DNA of 63,583 nt, counting the filler, from Bigelowiella natans CCMP2755 (taxonomy: Eukaryota > Protista > Cercozoa): assembly GCA_000320545.1 (NCBI GenBank). It is 4 parts of 4 records of this genome, joined end to end, with 100 filler letters (N's around TTAATTAATTAA, not from the genome) between each part and the next. Parts side by side here need not be neighbours in the genome. Positions count along the whole stretch, not along the records: positions 47,446 to 61,689 come from ADNK01001771.1; positions 61,790 to 63,583 come from ADNK01001354.1; 2 more parts are not named here. One strand, 5' to 3'. Positions 54,786 to 63,583 of the stretch are shown piece after piece. The translations under genes were made by a program, and so were the position numbers. Position 1 is the first letter of the stretch. Each line of letters begins with the position of its first letter. The notes below the pieces were generated by a model, which ran no database searches, had not been told where the DNA came from, and worked only from the letters and a program-made list of their open reading frames with translations.

Positions 54786-57677
54786 CTAAGCATCCAATGT
54801 CTGTGGGAAAACTGAAATTTGAACATCAGGATCTGTATCAAATTCCCTTTCGTGGCAGCTTGAAATGATCCCTGCAACCTCCTCGCGGAAAATTTGCCCT
54901 GCTTCAATGACGGCATCCCTGCTGGCAAGGCTGCGAATGAATGTTGCAAATATTTAGAAGAAGAAATATTAAATTTATTGATTTTACAACACAATTCAAC
55001 TCACTCTAAGGTGTCAGGGAGAGAGTCCCTATCCCAAATTGGATCTATTGAAAAGTCTTTAGGGTCTGGTATCAAAGCTTTACCAAGTAAAATGTCTGAC
55101 CCTGGAATGAACAAAAAAGAAAATACACGATACTGAGATACCAAATATTTAGCCAATGATAACAACACCCACCGAAAATGAAGAAGTTGATGAAGGCGAA
55201 ATTGGAAGCCAACGTGAAACTGGTCGGCTACCAAACAACTCTTAAGTCACAGTTCACGACTGAAATAATAAAAAATACCAAAAAATTGAAAAACTCTTTG
55301 TCAGTCAGGTCGCGGCTAGTTTTCGGATCTGGAAGGTCTGTTGTGGGAAGTGCCGAAGCAAAACCTGAATAACATTTAAGCATATTAAGCATCGCGTTGT
55401 TCAGGAGCAGACATTCAAAGTGGGCGACCTGTGACGAGAATCTGTGCAGGGTCTGAAACGCATGCCAATGCAGCTGTTGAGTGGCCAATAACATCATACA
55501 GAAGTAATCCTAAATTTCTCGAGAGTTTCATTCGGTTGAGGACAATTGGCCCGTCTGCATAAGGCACAGATAAGTGACAAATATTCTTCCAACTTCGAAC
55601 TATACAATAGTTCTACCTATGAAGTTCTTCTGTATATCTTGAAAAGCAGTTTGGAGCTGCACGTCGCATCTTACCTCTTTTGCAGAATTGTAGACGTTGA
55701 AGACGATTCTAATTTAAGACCAACACCAAGATTGTTTGTTATGCTCCTGCTACTTTTGAGCTTTTGAGGGAGTTCCCTCTACCGTTTAGCTAGCTTGAGG
55801 GTAGCTTTACGAATTTCAATAAGATCTTTTACAGCAGGGAATAAGTTCCAATGATCTCCTCCTGAGAATGGAAAGTATGTTCATGATAACATGGTCTTTA
55901 TTTCCGACTAGAATTTCGAGAGCGGACCTTCGGTAGTGAAGTCCCTACGTCTTATCCTGTTTTCTCTCAAAATATGGAGTATATCTGGAGAATTGAAATT
56001 ATAATCTAGAGCCTCCAATGCCCTATCAAGATCGTTGAGTAGTCCCTGTGTGTCAGAAGGGAACGAGAAAGGAAAGAGGATTGGCTGGGCTCCTCCAAGA
56101 AATATGAATGAGTGCTGTAAAGCTTGGGGAAGGAAGGGAAAGATCGTTTTTATAAGTGGATGAGAGATTTCCATGTTGCTAAGTAATGACAGTAATGCTC
56201 CACCAAAATGAACCTACGTAAATAAAATCAAGGTTGGTTGAATCTGATCGAGTTGGTGCACAAGGATCTCATCTCACATGGAACATTCCTACATGACCAA
56301 CTGCTGAGCCAAAAGCTGCCACACTGGATCTATTATGTACCTCACATGTCAGATACAAACTGATATTGAACATATTTAGAGTTTAGATAATACCGTGCCA
56401 TTGCAAGAGAAAGGATGTAAGCTTTGCTGTTGCTGCTCCCTCGTGAATATACTTCGTATTCAGTCTGAGCACCAGAGCCAGGTGCTTTGTACTTTGAAAG
56501 TCTAACTGCAGTTGCATAAACTCTCTCCTCTCTGTTCGTAATATGAGTACACATATTCAGAAATTTAAGTGGAGAGAGGCTAAATATGTACTACCTGGGA
56601 GCAGCACACAGAAGTACGACAGTCCCAGGTATCACTCTGGGTTTTGCTGGACCCATGCTTAATGGGGGTACTGTTTCAAAGAAACGTAAATCTACTACAT
56701 ACAAGCTCCCGCGTCCATTTCTATTGCTATTAAAGCACCTTCGCTTCGATTCACGAAAAATTTCATCTCCAAACAGGTCATACATTTCGGTGTAAAGAGG
56801 AGTTCTTTGATCTATTCTTTTGAGTGGAAGTTGGGTATTGAAAGGCGTACTTCTTTTTATGAAAGTCCAAAAATCAACTTCAGCTTCAGACACATATGTA
56901 AGAGCATCTATAGCAGTCTTCAGCAACCCCGTGCTCTCATTATATCGTATACAGCCACTTGACTCTTGTGATTGAAACTCGGCTGCAGCAGGAATACTCT
57001 CGCGAGGTGTTGGGGATAAACTCAGCGCAATGTTCGAAATTCTTTCAACAGTTCTCTCTTGTGTTGTATCTCCTAGAAACTGAACTCCAAATATTGGATT
57101 AGGAAAGCTGTCTAAATCTACACAGCTTATAAGACCACCAAATTTCTGTAAAACTAGGTCACGTCTTTGTTGAAGCAATGATGGATTGAGTAGAAGATCG
57201 GTTAGAGTTGGCGAGAGATCGTTACCAGGTGTGAAAGCTAGGGGCGGCAGGCGTAAAAATTCCCGATTGGAATTGAAAACTGGAATGGGCGGTTCCAAAA
57301 TATACTCCGACAGTCCGAAGGTAGAAGCATTACATTGGCGACGGTTTTCTTTGGCCGTTTTCCCAACAGTGTACATTTTGGTAACCTCCTGTATTCATGT
57401 ACATCAATCAAATGACTATAACAATGAAGGAATGACGTACCGTGTAATTTGGAGTTTTGTAACCTTGAATCTTTCCTATACATGAGAGTAGGTTATCGAT
57501 ACGATCCTCAACCGCTGAATTGTTGGAAAGAACTTTGCAGCCACTGACGGAATCTTCTCCTCCCGTTGGGAAGACGTGTTTTAGTTGAGGTAAAAGAGAT
57601 TGTGATGCCCCAGATGCCCATCGAGCACTCACACCTTCTATCAAAAGCAACGAAGTGACAGCCGCGATCGAAGACAT
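54786..57677 (-). CDS. Divergent lipoxygenase-family protein with an N-terminal signal peptide, multi-exon
   Basis: Exon 57677-57441 begins MSSIAAVTSLLLIEGVSA. Exon 57388-56595 contains IFGVQFLGD and GSLYVVDLRFF. It continues RVYATAVRL...LSLAMAR|SSVAAFGSAVGHVGMFH (56329-56278, HxxxxH), then SHPLIKTIFPF, DVQLQTAFQDIQ, LLYDVIGHSTAAL and SDILLG, ending QIFREEVAGII...QISVFPQTLDA* (TAG 54788-54786). The motif order matches LOX catalytic domains. Confidence 0.82.
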
Positions 57678-58385
57678 TGCTTGGTCACCTCCGACACGAA
57701 CACAATTGTGTTCGATGCTTGATGATAACGTGGGCGATTTTCCCTTTGCGCTATTTTTCCCTCTGTCGCAGACACAATTTCGCATGTCATTCATGTAAAA
57801 ACACATTGTTGACGCTTCGAGACGCTTCGCTGTTGCAGTATTTTGTTTCGATAACCGGGTTTTATCGATCAAATTCTCCTCCTTTTAGCACCAAGCGACA
57901 ATAAGCTCTCCTGTCCAATGACGATGTGCTATAAATAGCTTGGTCAACGTGCAAATAGCACGTGAGGGCTATTGTTCGTTCGGAACCTTCCCAGAAAAGC
58001 CCAGTCAACTAAATTCTTTGTACTGCCAAGCAGTTTTCTGCAGGCGACAAATTCAGTCTGCCTGTGTCGATCAAAATTCTGCCAATATCTTCCTTGCGAC
58101 TGCACTTTGCAGCGCGTCTTCAAACAGAACGCCACACAGCGTCAATGGCCGGTTTCCTGACAATCTCTTATGGCATTATTGGGTGAAAAAGGCTTGTGTA
58201 TGAGAGCATTTACACCTAACGACAAGATGTTTTATTTGTCGCTAATATCAGAAACATTGTCAACGGGCAGATTGAAGTTCGTTTTTGACCCGAAAGGTTA
58301 GTGCTGACTCTTTCAGCTTTGAGGAAAAGGTCTAAACAAGATTCGGTTGGCGGCTGCCCTCTCTCTACCTTTACAAAATATCCAG

Positions 58386-60007
58386 ATGGGAGCATGCGTG
58401 TCGGATCTGGACGATGCAAGCAGGCGCCTTTCACAGGTTCGGATATTTTCTCATTTGGCCATATTTAAATTCATTTACATCAAGAGACTTCTGTCAAAAA
58501 AAAAACACTCACACAGGAGGCAATGAGAAACAAGCAAATAAACAGACAACTATCGTTGGAAGCAAAGCAAGGGCGTTTACATCATAAACTTCTGCTACTT
58601 GGTGCTGGGGAGAGTGGGAAGTCCACATTCTTGAAGCAGCTAATCCGAATACATGACAAGGGCTATGATTTGGATGCCAGAAAGGCATTTACACAGTCGA
58701 TTTATAAAAATATACTAAGCTCTATGCAAAGCATCTTAGAAGCTATGGAGACAAACGGTTGGGAACTGGACAAAAAACTTGGGGGTGCACTGAATGTTTT
58801 CAAAGAAGAAGTGAAGAAAGAGGAAAACTCGTGGACAATAGATGAAGAAATTGGTGATGCTGTTGAAACTTTGTGGAAAGACAAAGGGGTCCGTGACGCC
58901 TTCTCGAAGAGAGATTTACCAGAAGTTGGATTCTACTTATTTGATGGAGCAGAATATTTCTTCAACAAAATCGACACAATAAAAAAGGACGACTACACAC
59001 CTGATGAAGAAGATATCGTTCGCTGTCGTATAAGGACCTCCGGAATAGTGGAAAAGGTTGGGCAACAGTATTCCATAATTCAAGGCAGTGTATGCTGACA
59101 ATGCTGACAAAAATTTTCATTATAGGGATTCGATATCAAGGGGAATCATTTTAGGTTCAATAATTAAAACCAATAACCACCTTTGCGATGAACATAATCT
59201 GTTTAATTTTAGGGTATTTGACGTTGGTGGGCAGCGAGCAGAGCGCAGAAAGTGGATACACTGCTTTCAAAATGTGACTGCTGTCATGTTTATTGCATCA
59301 TTGAGTAGCTACAATCAGGTTATAATTCTCTATATTTTGTTCGGATAGTTTCGATATTATTTTTTTTGTAACATATTCTCCCTAATTCAGCTTTTTATTT
59401 CTCCTTTTCTCTCTCCTCCCCGCTCTTCTCTCCTGCATTCACATCTTATCTTTTCGAGATTCTAATATAAGGACATAAGTTTTTATGAAGATGTTATATT
59501 CGCTCAGAATTTGTTTGAGGATCAAAGATCAAACAGAATGACGGAAGCTATTCTTCTTTTCGAGGACATCAGCAATTCGCACTGGTTTCAAGAAACTGCA
59601 ATGATCCTCTTTCTCAACAAGTACGATATTTTCAAAGAGAAGGTACAGAAGGTTTCGATAACCCAGTGCCCAAGTCTGCAAAATTTTAAGGGAAAGACAG
59701 AGGAAGATAGTCTCGCCTACATCCAAATGGTTTTTGAGACCTCCTGTCAGAATCCGCTTCAGAGCGTCTGTAATAATTGATTCTTCTTCACAGATACCGA
59801 GATGTATTGAACACATCTATTTGACAATATTTAGATACGCACTTCACCACTGCAACGGACAAGAGAAACGTTGAATCTATTTTTGATGCTGTACAAGACA
59901 TTGTTATTCGGAAAAGCATGGCGGAAGCTGGATTGCTGGTCGAATCATCCTCTTACACTGAAAATGATCCTGGATCCAGGATCCTGCCTGGCACGTATAT
60001 TGCGTGA
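58386..60007 (+). CDS. Heterotrimeric G-protein alpha subunit; exons 58386-58436, 58517-59056, 59126-59154, 59213-59318, 59508-59769, 59835-60007
   Basis: MGAC lipidation motif; [15 protein letters not shown] (G1), RCRIRTSG (G2), [17 protein letters not shown] (G3), ILFLNKYD (G4) and THFTTATD (G5). All introns are GT-AG and phase-consistent. Confidence 0.96.
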
Positions 60008-60049
60008 TTGATCATTGTTTGGATTTGAGACAATGTGGGTCTCAAATCG

Positions 60050-60760
60050 AAGGATTAACGTTTTTCAACTGAATCAATAGTCGTCAATTGGGTAAGCTAG
60101 ATGCTAAAATAAATTTTGTATGTATCATATCAGCCACCTACGCTAGCTGCTCACGGTCGATCATCTCAACAACCACGTGATTCTCGATCAATGCTCAGTG
60201 GATGATTGACAATGCCCCGTGACTCCTCCAATAAAGTGGTCGATCGTACTCAGGATAAGGTGTACTTCAAATTTTGACACACAAAAAGTTTAAATTACTC
60301 TAGTACTGACTATAGTCACCGTCTAGCCGTATCTAGCGCATCGCAATTTTATGAGTGTCATCGTAATGCAGCTACTGACAGCATCGAGCGCCCAAAGTTG
60401 CAAAATAGAATCACAATTCTTCACTTGTCATTCAACGCATGTCGTCATCTATGTCGCCGCATGTAGGCTACTAGGCTAGCAGCTAGGCAGGCTAGCAAGT
60501 AGCAGTTGACATCTTTCGTAGCGCACACTAACAGACTACGCTCACTGGCTAGCTAGCACAGGCAAGCAACATGATCTAGATGATGGAAAGTAGAACTACT
60601 AGACTACCAGAGTAGCTCAACATCAATTGCTCTTTTCAACGCACGCTCACACATGGACATGCTAGCATATACTAGTGTAGGCGCATGCATCTCAAGACAT
60701 GCTAGCATTAGCATGCTAGCAGGCCTAGCTAGCTAGAAGTGCGCTGAAATTGGTAGATCT
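60050..60760. repeat. CTAG/TAG-biased degenerate island (partially TpA-converted)
   Basis: At 60460-60740 nearly all TpA is in TAG/CTA context (gctagcagctaggcaggctagc; gctagcattagcatgctagcaggcctagctagctag). There is no credible ORF. Confidence 0.45.
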
Positions 60761-61365
60761 GTGAACAATTTGAACGACGTGTGATGAGCACCGATCTGAA
60801 GTGAATGCCGGGAATGCGTAGTCGCATCAGAACATTCGAATGTGCAGCTTTTCCGATCAAAATTCCTCGATGTCATCCTCTTGCAAGATGCTATCGGTGT
60901 TGTCGGGCCCATCATCATCGCCACTGCGATGCACAGCAGCAGAGGCACCTATTGCACCCCCTCTCACCGTGTCGGTCATTGTTGGTAAGTTGTTTCTGCC
61001 TGCTGCCGCCGACGGGTTCGTCGGCCAAATGGGCCTTGGTCTCGAGGACAGCAGTTGATAAGAAGAAATATCAACTATCAGCTGTAATTGAAGGCGCGAG
61101 GGCGGATTTTCCATAGCAGACGGCCCTATCCGTGCGATGTACGGTAGGACATCTGTCATAGACGCACGCGTAGGATGCCAAGCAAACAGCCCACTGCCCA
61201 GAAATGCCTCTCGTAGTCCTGCATTAAGTAGTACAAATTCATCGGTGCTGGTGCTACCATCCTGCGAACGCGCATCCGTCTTGGAGCTTACATGACGAAA
61301 TCTTCTTATTCTTCTCTCTCTCCTTCGCCACTACCTCTCTCTCTATGAACACTCTCCCAGTACAC

Positions 61366-61981
61366 TTTCTGCGCCCTTGGCCCTTTAATTGCTCGAAATC
61401 CGCCTCCACCTGTGTCCACGGACAAGGTATATGTCAGACGATATCAGCAGCCAATGTTGTGTCCGCATGAGAGTCTCCACGCAGTAGCAGACTCTTCGGC
61501 TGAAAAAGAGTGGGAAAGCTGGGGGGGGGGGGGGGGAAAAGGTCCAACAGCCCATAAAACACCCCCCCCCCCCCCGCGTTCCCCCTCTTTTTTTGGGGGG
61601 GGGGGGGGGGGGGGGGGGGGGCTCTCATGGGGGCACAAAATTGGGGGGGGGTATCGTGTGACATATGGGGGGGGGGGGCGCGATTTTGTNNNNNNNNNNN
61701 NNNNNNNNNNNNNNNNNNNNNNNNNNNNNNNNNTTAATTAATTAANNNNNNNNNNNNNNNNNNNNNNNNNNNNNNNNNNNNNNNNNNNNGTACCCGGGGA
61801 TGTTTGCGAGCCCCCACACAGAGCAAGGAGTACTCTCACCCCCCATACCATTAGGAACATAGTAGGTGCGAAGTTTCTTTTAAAAATCATAGTCACGTAA
61901 GCACTCTTTCTCATTCTTAGTCTCTCTCCCGCACTCTCTCTCGCCCTCTTCCTGATTTTTGGCGAGGGTAAACAGGATTAA

Positions 61982-62026
<45 letters not shown>

Positions 62027-63419
62027 TCCCCCCCCCTCCCCTCCTCCCCCCCCACACACGGAAGATAGAGAAAGAGAGAGAGAGAAAGAGAGAGGCCATG
62101 CACATATCTGAGCATCAATCCTGCTCAAAAAAGTACTTTCGCAAATTTATCTTCCGTAGCGCTGGCTTCTCTAATGATGGCGCCACGGTCAATTTTGACC
62201 TATTTGTGGGGAAAGCAAGTGGGAAAAGGGTGAGGGGGAGGGGTCAGGTGCAACGACACCGTTATCTCCCTTTTATCGCTGCACGACTCCGATCACACGT
62301 TCATCTTGTTCCTGTATGTCTGTGTATCTGCACTCTCGAAGGACGGCGTACTATCCTGAAGATGGCCGCTTCCATTACCTTTCTACGTCTCGCTAGGAGG
62401 TAAAGCGCTGCAGCGGGGTACACCGCATTTGAGAAATCGGCATAAGCCCTGGCACAAACACATACACACACACACCCACACAACACACGCATCACAACGC
62501 GCTCCCCAGGCAACGATTGACGGCATTTGAGCTTGCTCATGAGTTCGGCGACTGGCGCGAAACTGATGTTTGGAATGCATTTATGGCTCTTAGCACCTCT
62601 TCTGCCTTGGAAGATTCGAGATGAACCTTTTCCGGAATCTGGTGGCGTAGCAGCAAACAATACCATTGTCACCAAACAGCAAAATTCTCTCCCCCCCCCC
62701 CTCGCCCCATGAGGTGTATAAATGACACATCGCGACCGCATTAATCTACAGCCAGTCTTCTGATAGCCCCTGGCCAAGTGGAGAGGTGGAATCTATCTAC
62801 TCACTCAATCTGCAAGTTGTCCTCCCCCACCCCCTGCGAAAATGAACGAAACACGGTGGACTGTACGCAAAAAGTTTAAGTTAAAGCCAACACACGTTTT
62901 AAGAGCATCCTCTGCTTCGTTTTGGAATGATTGGCAGCGAAATTTTGAGCATAAGTCTCGCAAACCTAGCACTTTCCTAAGTATCATAGAAGCATAAAAT
63001 AAGGATACTGTTGTAATCGGTGGCATTTTTTTGCTGCGCGTGCGTGTTTTTGCCCTTTTCCTTCCTCCGGACAGCACACGCACACACATACACATACACA
63101 CACACACACGCACACGCACACATTCACACAAACGAGAAAAATGCGGTTAGTGTTGTTCCTACTTTATTCCAAGCACTGCGGAAATCATGTCCAGCTTTAA
63201 CTGATATCGGTTCTCGCTTTTCAGCCCGCTAAGGCGGACAATGAGCTCTCGGTCAAGACGCATATTCTTCCTAATGAGATTCACAGCGAGAGGGTGGAAG
63301 GGTTACCTATCTTTTATGATCAAGGCATCAATGTGCTTTGTGTTTAGTTTACTGTGCAGCAGCCAAGTCGAAGCAGGAAACAGTTATCGCTCGCTGGTCC
63401 TGAAGTGAATATTCCACAG
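61366..63419 (-). CDS. ORC6: Origin recognition complex subunit 6, partial (5' end beyond window, 3' end unresolved, spans an assembly gap)
   Basis: Exons read ITVSCFDLAAA, LDRELIVRLSGLKSENRYQLKLDMISAVLGIK|KVLGLRDLCSKFRC, QSLPGER, AYADFSNAVYPAAALYLLARRRK (62448-62379)|VKIDRGAIIREASATEDKFAK (62199-62137)|VEADFEQLKG (61409-61366). They resemble plant/animal ORC6 motifs (DRxxAxKLSG, LxxRxLxVQFGC, DFxxPxxxAxAxYL, KVDKxKLI). Confidence 0.75.
61690..61789. other. Assembly spacer (44N-TTAATTAATTAA-44N)
   Basis: Same 100-nt linker. Confidence 0.95.
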
Positions 63420-63424
63420 CTAGT

Positions 63425-63583
<159 letters not shown>

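Noticed and set aside
57929-57940. GCTATAAATAGC as a bidirectional TATA box
   Set aside because: It is 250-450 nt from either start codon with no transcription-start data, so it cannot be supported.
9900-60760. CpG-methylation decay (or classical RIP) as the cause of the TGCA/CATG-rich islands
   Set aside because: CpG is abundant in the islands (six intact in the 65-nt IR core) and the missing dinucleotide is TpA. Classical RIP would increase TpA. A minor CpG contribution is not excluded.
61500-61689. Long G/C homopolymer mirror tracts (also 47120-47345) as G-quadruplex elements
   Set aside because: They sit immediately beside assembly gaps and look like degraded sequence reads.
24426-61789. 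TTAATTAATTAA palindromes inside N runs as a biological motif
   Set aside because: The identical 44N-12-44N construct at three places is an artificial six-frame-stop contig linker. Gene continuity across these gaps is not guaranteed.

Overview
Eukaryotic nuclear DNA, intron-rich and full of microsatellites. It is joined from at least four contigs by 100-nt spacers (44N-TTAATTAATTAA-44N at 24426, 47346 and 61690). A bipartite signal+transit leader suggests a secondary-plastid alga, probably a chlorarachniophyte (inference). Most ORFs in the supplied track are microsatellite noise, so genes were rebuilt by hand from GT-AG exons. Genes found: a SAPS/PP6-regulatory-like protein (+), a GT32 DxD glycosyltransferase (-), an EF-hand hypothetical (-), topoisomerase III with upstream RanBP2-zinc-finger/RGG exons (-), a bacterial-type monomeric NADP-isocitrate dehydrogenase with a mitochondrial-like presequence (+), importin-4/5 (+), a plastid-targeted unknown (-), a divergent secreted lipoxygenase (-), a G-protein alpha subunit (+) and ORC6 (-). 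The strongest unexplained signal is four intergenic islands (about 9.9-11.1, 35.6-36.5, 50.7-54.8 and 60.05-60.76 kb). In them TpA is almost erased (one TpA in 1347 nt at 50675-52021), CpG is retained, and surviving TpA sits mostly in CTAG/TAG. This points to a RIP-like A-to-G (TA to TG/CA) hypermutation of repeats. The largest island holds about 150-bp inverted repeats with abutting micro-hairpins, flanking a kinase-tail/coiled-coil/Kelch gene remnant. Exon boundaries are manual; counts are by eye and need computational confirmation.
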